From NCBI GenBank assembly GCA_964610385.1, contig CAZSXW010000001.1:84261-148260 (forward strand): a stretch of 64,000 bases of DNA, given 5' to 3'. The translations under genes were made by a program, and so were the position numbers. The stretch comes from an uncultured Actinomycetota bacterium. Its GTDB lineage: Bacteria > Actinomycetota > Humimicrobiia > Humimicrobiales > Humimicrobiaceae. Position 1 is the stretch's first letter, and the number at the start of each line of letters is the position of its first letter. The notes under the pieces are model-generated. The model made no database searches and had not been told where the DNA came from. It saw nothing but the letters and a program-made list of their open reading frames with translations. Below are positions 1 through 9,725 of the stretch, one piece after another.

Positions 1-375
1 CCAGATAACTCACTCTATAAAAAAGCAGTAGAGGAACTCATAAAAGGCCCGGAGAACAGCGATCTTTACCCCACCATACCTTCTGATGTAAAAGTCAATT
101 CAGTAGAGATATCGGGCGACACCGCTATAGTAGACTTCAGCAAAGAGATCATAACCAGTATTGATGAAATACCTCACAGCTCTACTACAGAAATCCTGGC
201 CATCTACTCAATCGTAAACACGCTTACCGAATTTGAAGAAATAGATAAAGTAAAAATAACCGTAGAAGGCAGAGACAGCGGCCAGATAGACGGATTCTAT
301 ATTGAAGATTTCTGGGGACATCTGGGCATCTATGAAGAATTCACGAGAAACGAAGATATAATAAAAAACCGTTAA
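1..375 (+). CDS. GerMN (sporulation/spore germination) domain protein, 3' part only; runs off the window start
   Basis: Not in the ORF track. Frame 1 reads open PDNSLYKKAVEELIKGPENSDLYPTIPSDVKVNSVEISGDTAIVDFSKE...AIYSIVNTLTEFEEIDKVKITVEG to TAA at 373-375, the GerMN pattern (L..GP, VDFS, IVNTLT, V.I.VEG). Confidence 0.8.
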   Translation, partial: PDNSLYKKAVEELIKGPENSDLYPTIPSDVKVNSVEISGDTAIVDFSKEIITSIDEIPHSSTTEILAIYSIVNTLTEFEEIDKVKITVEGRDSGQIDGFYIEDFWGHLGIYEEFTRNEDIIKNR

Positions 376-399
376 TGATAATCCCAAATATAAAATAAT

Positions 400-1557
400 A
401 TGGCACAGGTCTATAAAAGTTCAGAAAGCTCCGACTTGTTAAAAGGTAAAATAAACGATATCCAGAACTTTTTTAAAAATACTTCATCATCTCTGGATAA
501 CAGGCCCCTGATCGGTTGGTTCTGCACTTATACTCCAGAAGAACTTATAATCGCCGGAGGATTCACCCCTTTAAGAATCATGGGGAGCAAAAAGATAACC
601 AAATCTGAAAGCTACTTCCCTATAAATTTCTGCCCCTATATAAAATCAAGCTGGGACAGTCTGCTGTCAAGAATAAATAATCTTAAAGGGCTGGTATTTA
701 CCAACTCCTGTGATGGGATGAGAAGATTGTATGACACTGCAAATACCTACCTGAAAGACATACCCCTGTACCTACTGGATGTCCCCCGGCTCCGAGGAGA
801 AGATTCTACAGTTTTTTTTCAATATAATCTTGCCGGTATGAAAAGATTTATCGAAAACACAGCCGGGGTAAAAATAAGCGATAAAGAAATAAGAAAAGCT
901 GCGGCTCTCGTAAATAAAAAAAGAGAGCTCCTGGAAAAATTCAGCCTTCTCTTCAGAAAATTTCCCCGCTATATCCGTATTTCTACCTATTACAGGATCA
1001 TGGAACTGTCTATGACATCCGAAACCAAAATCTTTGTAGACGAGCTTGATAAATATTTAAAACTAATAAAAGAATCAACAGCCAAAAATGCAACTGTCCC
1101 GGGGTCAGATGCGGAAAACATCCCTGGAATAATGATAATCGGTAATTTTATTACTGAAGATAAATTATGGGATATGCTGTCATCAATGAAACTGAGAATA
1201 TCTTCTGATGACCTTTGCATCTCAAGCAGGTACTTTAAAAATCCTGTAGATACAGACGGAAGCCAGGATATGCTTGCCTCCCTGGCCCGGAGATATTTAA
1301 GTAAGTCTCCCTGCATGAGAATGGCTGACCTGGGCTTGAAGCTTAAAGAGATTGAAAATAACATAATAAAAAACAATATAGAAGGTATAATATTTATTAG
1401 TCTGAAATTCTGTGATACAGTATTATATTTCTTTCCCCTCCTGAAAGATAGATTAAACCAAATGGGAATCCCGGTGCTGTATCTGGAAATGGAATATAAC
1501 AATTTTTCAGAAGGCCAGTTAAAGACAAGAATACAAGCTTTTTTAGAGATGCTGTAA
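400..1557 (+). CDS. 2-hydroxyacyl-CoA dehydratase family subunit (HgdB/FldC/HadC-like, beta-type)
   Basis: GWFCTYTPEELIIAGG, FCPY, NSCDGMRR, PCM and KFCD Cys motifs, C-terminal GQLKTRIQAFLEM; first of three co-oriented genes. Confidence 0.85.
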   Translation: MAQVYKSSESSDLLKGKINDIQNFFKNTSSSLDNRPLIGWFCTYTPEELIIAGGFTPLRIMGSKKITKSESYFPINFCPYIKSSWDSLLSRINNLKGLVFTNSCDGMRRLYDTANTYLKDIPLYLLDVPRLRGEDSTVFFQYNLAGMKRFIENTAGVKISDKEIRKAAALVNKKRELLEKFSLLFRKFPRYIRISTYYRIMELSMTSETKIFVDELDKYLKLIKESTAKNATVPGSDAENIPGIMIIGNFITEDKLWDMLSSMKLRISSDDLCISSRYFKNPVDTDGSQDMLASLARRYLSKSPCMRMADLGLKLKEIENNIIKNNIEGIIFISLKFCDTVLYFFPLLKDRLNQMGIPVLYLEMEYNNFSEGQLKTRIQAFLEML

Positions 1558-1574
1558 AATAGACATAAAAAAAG

Positions 1575-2864
1575 ATGGGATTAAAAGACAGATTAAAAAC
1601 AGGGATACAGAAGAACTTAAATCAGAAATACATTAAGAGGCTGTTGAGTATAATCGCTAAAAAACCCATACTTTATACCTATGGAAGCACTTTTTCCTCA
1701 GTCTCTGATAAATACCTGAACATTTTTACTATAGAAAGCCTGAGGGATGCCTATTCAGATAACAGCCATCCGTTAGGATATGGATCACTCTTTATACCAT
1801 ATGAGATGCTGCACGCGCTTGAAGTCACACCCTTTCCCCCGGAAGTAATGGCAGGCTTTACTGCAGGACTCGGCATAGCACCGCAGACTATCAAACAGTC
1901 TGCCTCAAACTGGTATTCACAGGACCTGTGTACTTTCCACAGGAGTGCCTCCGGCGCATTAGAGCTTGATGTATTTCCCAAACCTGATTTTATCCTGGTC
2001 ACCAATCTGGCCTGTGATGCCGCTCAAAAATCTTTTTACATATACTCGAAAAAATATGATATTGAAAAAAATTTCTATCTAATCGATGTTCCCTACCACT
2101 ATTCAAAAGAATCTCTGAAGTATCTTACCGGCCAGCTTAAAAGAATATATATGGATATAAGTTCAAAAACAGGCAGGAAACCTGACTACTCTAAATTCAG
2201 GGAAGTCATAAATCTTTCAAATAAATTCAGAAACTGGGCCATCAGGGTAAATAAATTAAGAATGGATCTTACAGAGTATCCCCCTTATTTTAATGCTCTA
2301 AATTACATCCTTCCCTTTCATGTACTTTCAGGAACAGAAAAGGCAGTCACTCTCTATAAGCATATATACAAGGAATTAAAAAGATACCTGGAAATACAGC
2401 AGGGGAAAAACGTAAGTAAAAAAAACAGCCCCAAAAGGATCCTGTGGCTGCATCTCAAACCATACTATAAAAGCGAGATATTTGATATTCTTAAAAAAGA
2501 AAACTGCATAGTATCCTTTGAGGAGATAAATTATGTTTACTGGCCCGAGCTTGACCCGCAAAAGCCATTTGAAAGCCTGGCCAAAAAGATGCTTTCCCAC
2601 TTCCTTGGTGGTAAGATCGACAATCGTATCAGGATGATCCTTAAACTTGCCAGGGAATATAAAATAGACGGAGCCATACTTTTTTCTCACTGGGGATGCA
2701 GACAGAGTAACGGCGGGGCAAGGATAATAAAAGACAATCTTAAGAAATTGGGTATCCCTACCCTGGCAATAGATGGAGATTGTGTGGACCGCAACAATTC
2801 ATCTCAAGGACAGATAAAGACCAGGATGCAGGGATTTTTGGAAATCTTAAACTCTAAAACATAA
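1575..2864 (+). CDS. 2-hydroxyacyl-CoA dehydratase family subunit (HgdA/FldB/HadB-like, alpha-type)
   Basis: DLCTF, TNLACD and HWGCRQ cluster ligands; C-terminal IDGDCVD...GQIKTRMQGFLE. Confidence 0.85.
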   Translation: MGLKDRLKTGIQKNLNQKYIKRLLSIIAKKPILYTYGSTFSSVSDKYLNIFTIESLRDAYSDNSHPLGYGSLFIPYEMLHALEVTPFPPEVMAGFTAGLGIAPQTIKQSASNWYSQDLCTFHRSASGALELDVFPKPDFILVTNLACDAAQKSFYIYSKKYDIEKNFYLIDVPYHYSKESLKYLTGQLKRIYMDISSKTGRKPDYSKFREVINLSNKFRNWAIRVNKLRMDLTEYPPYFNALNYILPFHVLSGTEKAVTLYKHIYKELKRYLEIQQGKNVSKKNSPKRILWLHLKPYYKSEIFDILKKENCIVSFEEINYVYWPELDPQKPFESLAKKMLSHFLGGKIDNRIRMILKLAREYKIDGAILFSHWGCRQSNGGARIIKDNLKKLGIPTLAIDGDCVDRNNSSQGQIKTRMQGFLEILNSKT

Positions 2865-2882
2865 TCGAGAGAAAGGAAACAG

Positions 2883-3656
2883 ATGTATACCTGCGGAATC
2901 GATGTTGGCTCGGTATCAACTGAAGCAGTGATACTTGATGGAAAAGATGATAAGATTTTATCTTACGCCATTGCCCCTACCGGCTCCAGCAGTAAAACTG
3001 CTGCAGAAAACGCCTTTAAAGATACTTTGAATAAAGCAAATCTTAAAAGCAAGGACATCAAAGCAATTATCGCCACAGGCTATGGTAGGATAAATATTCC
3101 CTTTGCAGATAAAAATATAACCGAGATTAGCTGCCACGCCCGGGGAGCAATATCTATATTTCCTGACCTTAAAACAGTAATCGATATCGGCGGACAGGAC
3201 AGCAAAGTCATCAAACTTGAAAACGGAAGTCCTATTGACTTTTTAATGAACGACAAATGTGCAGCCGGAACGGGGAGATTCCTGGAAGTCATGGCCAAGG
3301 CCATGGAAATAGACCTTGAGCATTTCGCTCCCATTTTCATCAAAACGGACGGAAAGGTGGATATAACATCGACCTGTACCGTATTTGCCGAATCCGAAAT
3401 AGTCTCACTTATCGGACGGGGAATAGATAAAAATAAGATTATAAAAGGACTCATTTATTCCATAGCAAACAGGATAACTTCAATGGTTGAAAGAATTGGG
3501 CTTGAAGAACCGGTTTGTATGACCGGAGGAGTGGCTAAAAATCTGGGAGTGGTAAAAGCACTAGAAGAAAAACTGGGAGTTAAAATAAATATTCCGGACG
3601 AGCCGCAGATAACCGGTGCACTTGGTGCAGCCTATCTGGCACAGAACCTGCATTAA
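2883..3656 (+). CDS. ATP-dependent [4Fe-4S] activator (archerase, HgdC/BadF-BadG-BcrA-BcrD family)
   Basis: GIDVGSVST, ATGYGR, EISCH, DIGGQDSK, MNDKCAAGTG, STCTVFAESE, GGVAKN. Confidence 0.92.
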   Translation: MYTCGIDVGSVSTEAVILDGKDDKILSYAIAPTGSSSKTAAENAFKDTLNKANLKSKDIKAIIATGYGRINIPFADKNITEISCHARGAISIFPDLKTVIDIGGQDSKVIKLENGSPIDFLMNDKCAAGTGRFLEVMAKAMEIDLEHFAPIFIKTDGKVDITSTCTVFAESEIVSLIGRGIDKNKIIKGLIYSIANRITSMVERIGLEEPVCMTGGVAKNLGVVKALEEKLGVKINIPDEPQITGALGAAYLAQNLH

Positions 3657-3668
3657 ATAGCAGAACAA

Positions 3669-4157
3669 TTACAGTTCAGCTACGTACTTTTTAAAATCAA
3701 CTACCTGGTATCTTTTCCCTCTTGAAATAATTTTAAATCCTTCTTTTTCCAGCAGCTTTTTCTGTGATTCATGTCCGCCCAGATATTTCTCATTTAGGAA
3801 CCCATCGGCTTTTAGTGTTCTCCAGTAAGGAATATTTAAATTCCTACCTTCTTCTAACGATTCTTCGGCTGCATTAGCAGCAACCATTATAAAGATACCC
3901 GTAGTCAGTGAACAACAACCCTTTACCTTATGTTTCTTCGCAATCGCTCTGCAGATTTCTACAATTGTAATAATCTTTCCCCTGGGTATTTTCTTCATCA
4001 ATTCCACTACCTCGCTTGGATTGACAAGCACTATATCGTCACCTTCTTCAGCTCCCATCTTGTGAACGGCATTATAGCAGGGGAATTTCTTTTCCAATTT
4101 CAATATCTTAGGCAGCCCTTTTTTATCTGCTAATTTTTCGTTCCAGGTTTTTTTCAT
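3669..4157 (-). CDS. MGMT DNA-binding-domain family protein, alkyltransferase-like (no catalytic Cys)
   Basis: IPRGKIIT...IAK helix-turn-helix; NIPYWRT where active methyltransferases have PCHR; ends QKKLLEKEG. Confidence 0.7.
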   Translation of the reverse strand: MKKTWNEKLADKKGLPKILKLEKKFPCYNAVHKMGAEEGDDIVLVNPSEVVELMKKIPRGKIITIVEICRAIAKKHKVKGCCSLTTGIFIMVAANAAEESLEEGRNLNIPYWRTLKADGFLNEKYLGGHESQKKLLEKEGFKIISRGKRYQVVDFKKYVAEL

Positions 4158-4181
4158 ATTTTAAAATCGTTATTAAAATTT

Positions 4182-4736
4182 TTACTTTTTCCTCAGTTTC
4201 AGATAGTATCCTTTTTTATCCGCTATCCTGTCAAGGATCGAATGTGCAAGTTTGGCCTTTTCTTTTATATCAAGTCCATTAGAATTGACATCTGCTTCTT
4301 CTATTGCCTCCTTTAATTCATTTACATCTAATACCGTAGCAGCAAGGCAGAAGTAACTCTTAGACCGCCCCTCATTAAATCCATTAAGGAGCTTCCAGAG
4401 CAGTTTTTCCCTCATTTTCTGTGATTTTCTAAACTCAGCCAGACCGTGTTTCTGAATGAAAGCAATATCATCTTCAAGTTTCTGGTAACACTTGAAGGAA
4501 TCATACTTCTTTCCTCTTTCGCGGTGTCTTTTCCATTTTTCACAGGTCTCACTCTCATCACAATCACTGCAGAACTCAACATTCCTTTTGACTGCGCAAT
4601 GTAATATAGAACATGGACCCCCAAGGCGCCAATCCGTTTTGCAGCCACGGCATCGGCTCTTTGTCTTCATAACATAACCGGGACAAAGGCGACAGGAAAG
4701 ACCACATACACCTATTTCAGGATATTCAGATTTCAT
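4182..4736 (-). CDS. Cys-rich DUF3795-like protein
   Basis: IGVCGLSCRLC, CRGC, CSILHC, FCSDC pattern; RBS aggaggg upstream. Confidence 0.7.
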   Translation of the reverse strand: MKSEYPEIGVCGLSCRLCPGYVMKTKSRCRGCKTDWRLGGPCSILHCAVKRNVEFCSDCDESETCEKWKRHRERGKKYDSFKCYQKLEDDIAFIQKHGLAEFRKSQKMREKLLWKLLNGFNEGRSKSYFCLAATVLDVNELKEAIEEADVNSNGLDIKEKAKLAHSILDRIADKKGYYLKLRKK

Positions 4737-4767
4737 ATCCCTCCTTTCTAAATAAAAGACATGCCTT

Positions 4768-5223
4768 TTATGTCTGTTCCCAGCGGTACTTGTTTTCTAA
4801 TATTTCCAGCTTTTTGATATCACATATAAAACATAGTCCGTTATGGCAGCATATGAACTCGCCGCACTTACTGCACTGCCATTTCTTACTCTCTGATAAT
4901 AAAAATTTATCAATCCCCTTATCCCTTATATAATTTAAATTATCAATCATGCTCATCCGGTACCGCTCCCTATAACGCTTATCTAGGGTTTTTAATCTGT
5001 CGCAGGGAAACTCACTGCATTCATAACAATATCTTATTTCCTTCTCCAATAAGAGTGGGCATTTCTTTTTTAAGAAGGCACATTTCTTATCCCTAGGCCG
5101 GCACCCATCACAATAGGGCATCTTTATGCCTTTTTCTTTTATATCATTTTTCTTTGCCAGATAACTGCTGCACAGGGCACAGTTCATTCCACAGGGCGCA
5201 ATCAACTCTTCGTTGTTTTCCAT
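4768..5223 (-). CDS. Cys-rich DUF3795-like protein with C-terminal CxxC-CC cluster
   Basis: IAPCGMNCALC, CDGC, YCYECSEFPC, CSKCGEFICCHNGLCFIC. Confidence 0.7.
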   Translation of the reverse strand: MENNEELIAPCGMNCALCSSYLAKKNDIKEKGIKMPYCDGCRPRDKKCAFLKKKCPLLLEKEIRYCYECSEFPCDRLKTLDKRYRERYRMSMIDNLNYIRDKGIDKFLLSESKKWQCSKCGEFICCHNGLCFICDIKKLEILENKYRWEQT

Positions 5224-5313
5224 ATTTTTATTCTATCGAGAAATTGTACCTTCAGTGTTTTAAAGAATTACTCTATACTGCTAACAGTTTTTTACAAACT
5301 ATTTATTAATAAG

Positions 5314-5390
5314 TGGTGGGCGATATTGGATTTGAACCAATGACCTCTGCGATGTCGACGCAGCGCTCTAACCATCTGAGCTAACCGCCC
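5314..5390 (-). tRNA. tRNA-Val(GAC), CCA encoded
   Basis: Reverse complement folds as GGGCGGT/ATCGCCC acceptor, GCTC/GAGC D-stem, CTGCG-TCGACAT-CGCAG anticodon arm, ATTGG-TTCAAAT-CCAAT T-arm, ending ACCA. Confidence 0.95.
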
Positions 5391-5413
5391 TCGGATATAA
5401 ACTTTACCAGAGT

Positions 5414-5443
5414 ATTATATACAATCAAATAAAAATATATCAA
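5414..5443 (-). promoter_or_regulatory. Probable sigma-70 promoter of tRNA-Val
   Basis: Minus strand TTGATA-N18-TATAAT ending about 24 nt upstream of the tRNA. Confidence 0.5.
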
Positions 5444-5481
5444 GATTCGCTTCGCCGTGTTTTACCTCAGTCGTGATAACT

Positions 5482-8052
5482 TCAACCAGATCGTTCACCC
5501 ATCAACTTTTTCAAATTAGAGATCTCATCTTTTCTACCGGCTATTTTGCCGTCCAGCTTCATCTTAAACAATTTTTTCAGAACATCTCCAAATTTTTCAG
5601 AAGGTTTGTACCCCATATCCTTTAATGTATTGCCATTTATTTCAAGATGTAAAGAAGAAAGGTCTGTCAGATACTTTTTGATATTTTTAAGATATTTATT
5701 TCCCCAGCTGCAGGCAATGACCTGTAATTCGGGAGGGATATTATTTACTCTGTAATAAATAGTTGAATTCTTTTTTATGATACTTTTAAGATTCCTTCTG
5801 GTATCATTCCACATTTTATAGGTCTCAAGTATTATATTTACATCTCTCTTTTTAACCTTCATCTCAGAGCACCATCTCTCAATCTTATCAGGCTTAATAC
5901 CCTTAAGAAGAAGGGTAAAAAGCAACCTCCACTTTTTAACCTCACTGCCTGTTTTATTATAATAATCTTTCATCTCGCCGTAATATTTCAATATCCTTTT
6001 AACCTGCCCTGTAAACTTTTTATCAACTTTTACTTTTATTCCTATTTTCCTAAGCGCATCAAGCTCATAAAGTCTTTCGATAGCCTCCAGAGGATTTTTT
6101 TCATTAAAAATATAAATAAGCTCATCTCTTATCCTGACACCGTTTAGTTTTGAGACTATATTCATATTTATAGTAGTCCTGGCCAGTTTTTCGGTCTGGC
6201 TGTCCATTTTAAACCCAAGCCTCTTCTCGAACCTTACTGCCCTAAAAATCCTTGTCGGATCTTCAATAAAACTCATTTTATGAAGGACCTTTATCTTCCT
6301 ATTTTTTAGATCCTCCCTTCCTCCAAAATAATCGAGGATCTCGCCAAAATTTTCTTTATTAAGAGAAACAGCCATAGTATTTATAGTAAAATCTCTTCTG
6401 GAAAGGTCCTGTTTTATATTTCCCGACTCAACGCTGGGAAGTGCTGCCGGGCTCTTATAATATTCCACTCTTGCCGAAGCTATATCTATATGCTGCCCGT
6501 CACTTAATACCAGGACAGCAGTCCCAAATTTCCGGTGGCATTCCAGTCTGCAGTCAAATCTTGAAGATAATTTTTTTCCAAATCTTATACCGTCACCCTC
6601 CACCACAATATCTATATCAAAATTAGGTATCTTTAGGATTGCATCTCTTACAATCCCTCCCACCAGATAGGTATTATATTTTAAAACCTGTGAGACACCT
6701 GAAATTATCTTTAGTATCCCTTTTACTTTTTCAGGGAAAAATCCCCAGAAATTTTCGTAACTCCGGCCATGCAAGAACCTCAATACATCTTTTCTAGTGA
6801 TAATACCTATGATCTTTTTCTTATCCGTAATGGGTACTCTTCCAATACCGTTTTCCACCATAAGATTCTGTATTTCACCGATACTGGTATTCGCATCGGC
6901 CCTTACAACACTCCGGGACTTAAAACCTTTTACGGGAGCATGCGAAAGACCATGGCCTATTGCCTTATCTATATCCTTCCTCGTTATTATACCTACCAGG
7001 TTTTCAGTATTATCTACAATGGGTATCCCCGAATGACCGTACTTTTTCAAGATTTTATCTACCTGAGCTATGCTGGCATCCTCCTTTACCACCCTTACCG
7101 GATAAGACATCACATCCCTTGCCAGCATCGGCCTTTTTATATGCTTTTTAAGGGATCCTATCAGCTTTTTTTCTACTTCTTTAAAAGCTATATCGTTTAC
7201 AACTGCAGAAGCTGCCTGAGGGTGTCCACCGCCCCCTACCGCTTCCAATATCTCGGACACATCAACATTTTTATTATCACTTCTGCCGACTGCGTAAATC
7301 TTCCCTTTCATTTTAGCCCAGCATATAACTATACTTATATCTTCGATCTGGGATAATTTCCTGGTCAGCACAGAAAGCCCTTCAACAAAATCAGGCATTT
7401 CTGCCTGAGAAAGCAGGATCTCAGTTTCATTTACATTTATCTTTTTACAGTTCATTATCAACTTCTCCAAAAGTCTGTGCTGGTCTTCAGTAAGTGAAAG
7501 ATTTAAAAATTTTGATACCACGAATAAATTGGCCCCTTTCTCCATAAGAAAGGCGGCTGCTTCAAGATCACTGGAGGTAGTGCCCGGATAAGTAAATGAG
7601 CCTGTGTCCTCGTATATGCCAAGGGTAAAGAGTGTTGCATCAAGTGGAGTGATACTGATCTTTTTTTCTTTAATAAGATTTACCAGAATAGATGTAGCAG
7701 CTCCCACCTCCCTTGAATAATCACGGGTTGCTTTCAGATCTCTGGAAGTCTTCTGATGATGGTCGTAAACTACAACCTCGATACCCTTATTATCCAGTGC
7801 CACTTTAGCCGGACCAAGCCTTGATGCAAACTTGGTATCGATTACTATGGCTCTTTTTATCTTTGAAAAATCAATACTCTTGGGGTCCAAAAGGGATGGA
7901 AGCTCATCTTCATAAAGGGTGATAAACTTTCTTACGTTTTGATTTATTGCGGTAGGAAGTACGATTTGAGCCCGTTTGTATATTTTCTTAGCCGCTACCA
8001 TTCCAGCAAAAGAATCAAAATCAGAGCTCAAATGGGTTATAATTATTTCCAT
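5482..8052 (-). CDS. Multidomain tRNA nucleotidyltransferase (DHH/DHHA1 + 2xCBS + class II NTase), CCA- or A-adding
   Basis: THLSSDFDS and YDHH (DHH), GGGGHPQAASA (DHHA1), CBS pair, then VGGIVRD, DIDIVV, RRDFTIN, EDPTRIFRAVRF. Confidence 0.9.
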   Translation of the reverse strand: MEIIITHLSSDFDSFAGMVAAKKIYKRAQIVLPTAINQNVRKFITLYEDELPSLLDPKSIDFSKIKRAIVIDTKFASRLGPAKVALDNKGIEVVVYDHHQKTSRDLKATRDYSREVGAATSILVNLIKEKKISITPLDATLFTLGIYEDTGSFTYPGTTSSDLEAAAFLMEKGANLFVVSKFLNLSLTEDQHRLLEKLIMNCKKINVNETEILLSQAEMPDFVEGLSVLTRKLSQIEDISIVICWAKMKGKIYAVGRSDNKNVDVSEILEAVGGGGHPQAASAVVNDIAFKEVEKKLIGSLKKHIKRPMLARDVMSYPVRVVKEDASIAQVDKILKKYGHSGIPIVDNTENLVGIITRKDIDKAIGHGLSHAPVKGFKSRSVVRADANTSIGEIQNLMVENGIGRVPITDKKKIIGIITRKDVLRFLHGRSYENFWGFFPEKVKGILKIISGVSQVLKYNTYLVGGIVRDAILKIPNFDIDIVVEGDGIRFGKKLSSRFDCRLECHRKFGTAVLVLSDGQHIDIASARVEYYKSPAALPSVESGNIKQDLSRRDFTINTMAVSLNKENFGEILDYFGGREDLKNRKIKVLHKMSFIEDPTRIFRAVRFEKRLGFKMDSQTEKLARTTINMNIVSKLNGVRIRDELIYIFNEKNPLEAIERLYELDALRKIGIKVKVDKKFTGQVKRILKYYGEMKDYYNKTGSEVKKWRLLFTLLLKGIKPDKIERWCSEMKVKKRDVNIILETYKMWNDTRRNLKSIIKKNSTIYYRVNNIPPELQVIACSWGNKYLKNIKKYLTDLSSLHLEINGNTLKDMGYKPSEKFGDVLKKLFKMKLDGKIAGRKDEISNLKKLMGERSG

Positions 8053-8077
8053 AAATAAATTGATCTATAAATCTTTA

Positions 8078-8611
8078 TCAGTCTATATATTTATCGTAGG
8101 AGACTATTTTGGCAAGGGGTTTTCTTCCTCTAGCCCCACCTTCTTTAGCAGGGTAACCTAACGGTGTTACTGCGACCACTCTTACATTATCCGGAACATT
8201 AAGAAGGTCCTTTACCAGTTTTTCCTTAAATGCCCCGATCCAGCAGGTGCCCAATCCTTTTTCAGTAGCAGCAAGTATTAGATGTTCCAGAGCAATCGCC
8301 ACATCTATAGGATAGCTGCTCATATAACCGCCCATCACCCCGTAAGCTTCATCTTCTTTGGCACAGGCCACAATAAGTATTGGAGCCTCCGCAAGAAAAG
8401 TCTGGTTATTGCATGCTATGGATAGATCACCTATTTTTTTCTTGTCCTTTACCACAATCAATTTCCACGGCTGGAGATTTTTAGCAGATGGAGCTTTTCT
8501 AAACGCCTGTAGTATATAATTTAATTTTTCTTCTTCCACTTCCTGGGGTTTATAAGATCTGATGCTTTTTCTGGATTCTATCAGATTCATCAAATTTGTG
8601 AACTGCTTCAC
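8078..8611 (-). CDS. Nitroreductase family protein
   Basis: RKSIRSY, APSAKNLQPW, GLGTCWIG, TPLGYP; GTG start with GGGGG RBS. Confidence 0.9.
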   Translation of the reverse strand: MKQFTNLMNLIESRKSIRSYKPQEVEEEKLNYILQAFRKAPSAKNLQPWKLIVVKDKKKIGDLSIACNNQTFLAEAPILIVACAKEDEAYGVMGGYMSSYPIDVAIALEHLILAATEKGLGTCWIGAFKEKLVKDLLNVPDNVRVVAVTPLGYPAKEGGARGRKPLAKIVSYDKYID

Positions 8612-8741
8612 TTTCCATTACCCCCTATTTATATTTAGAAATTTATTTTTCCTTTGATCTAAGCAATCAAATACTAATTTTAAATATTTAAGCAGACGCC
8701 CATTATATTAACACTATGGTTTTCTTAAGTAAAATCGTTTC

Positions 8742-9725
8742 TTACCACAGGCTGTGGACATGCATTTTAATATACTTCCGGTAAATCTCAGCTACTTTTT
8801 CCATCTGCTCATCAGTCAGTGGCGGAAGATCCGAAGCATTTGCATTATCTTCGATCTGGGATACCCTGCTTGCCCCCGGTATGACACAGCTTACACAGTC
8901 ATTCATAAGTATCCACCGCAGTGCATACTGGGCAAGTTTTCCTTCAGGAAATACTTTCTTCAATTCCTCTACTGCTTCCAGTCCTACTTCATAGGGAACT
9001 CCCGAAAATGTCTCGCCCTTGTCAAAAACCTGGCCTTCCCGGTTAAAGAACCTGTGATCTCCTTTTGAAAATACGGTGTCCTTTTTAAATTTACCGGTCA
9101 GCATACCGCTTGCCAGAGGAACTCTTGCTATTATTCCTATATTTTTGTTTTTTGCCCGTATAAAGAAATCCTCGACAGGCTTAAACCTGAACATATTATA
9201 TATGATCATAACGGTAGCCAGATTGGGATACTGGATAGCTTTTATTGCTTCTTCAACCTTTTCAACGCTTACTCCGTAATTCAGTACCTTCCCTTTGCTG
9301 ACCAGCTCGTCCAGAACGCCGAAGACTTCCGGCCTTGAATATACTTCAGTAGGGGGACAATGAAGCTGGATCAGGTCTATGGTTTCAAGATCCAGATTTT
9401 TCAGGCTGTCATCAACGAAGGCTACTATGTTTTTTTTGTTATATCCTTCTGAAGTGTGCGGGTCCAGTCTTCTTCCCGACTTTGTGGCTATGTAGATTCT
9501 CCGGTTTACCTTTTTTAAAAACTTTCCAATGGCTTTTTCACTCAGGCCATCGTTGTATACATCGGCAGTGTCTATAAAATTTACTCCTTCATCCACCGCT
9601 TTTTCCAGGATTGTCTCAGCCGTTTCGTAACTGAATCTCGTGCCCCACTTTCCGCCAAGCTGCCAGGTGCCCAGTGAGACCTCGGAAATCTTAAAACCGG
9701 TTTTTCCTAAAGTCCTGTATTTCAT
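8742..9725 (-). CDS. Aldo/keto reductase (start refined to MKYRTLGKTG)
   Basis: LGTWQLGG, DTADVY, ATK, LQLH, GVS, RVPLASGMLTGK, PGAS; the ORF-track N-terminal 53 aa precede the usual family start. Confidence 0.9.
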   Translation of the reverse strand: MKYRTLGKTGFKISEVSLGTWQLGGKWGTRFSYETAETILEKAVDEGVNFIDTADVYNDGLSEKAIGKFLKKVNRRIYIATKSGRRLDPHTSEGYNKKNIVAFVDDSLKNLDLETIDLIQLHCPPTEVYSRPEVFGVLDELVSKGKVLNYGVSVEKVEEAIKAIQYPNLATVMIIYNMFRFKPVEDFFIRAKNKNIGIIARVPLASGMLTGKFKKDTVFSKGDHRFFNREGQVFDKGETFSGVPYEVGLEAVEELKKVFPEGKLAQYALRWILMNDCVSCVIPGASRVSQIEDNANASDLPPLTDEQMEKVAEIYRKYIKMHVHSLW

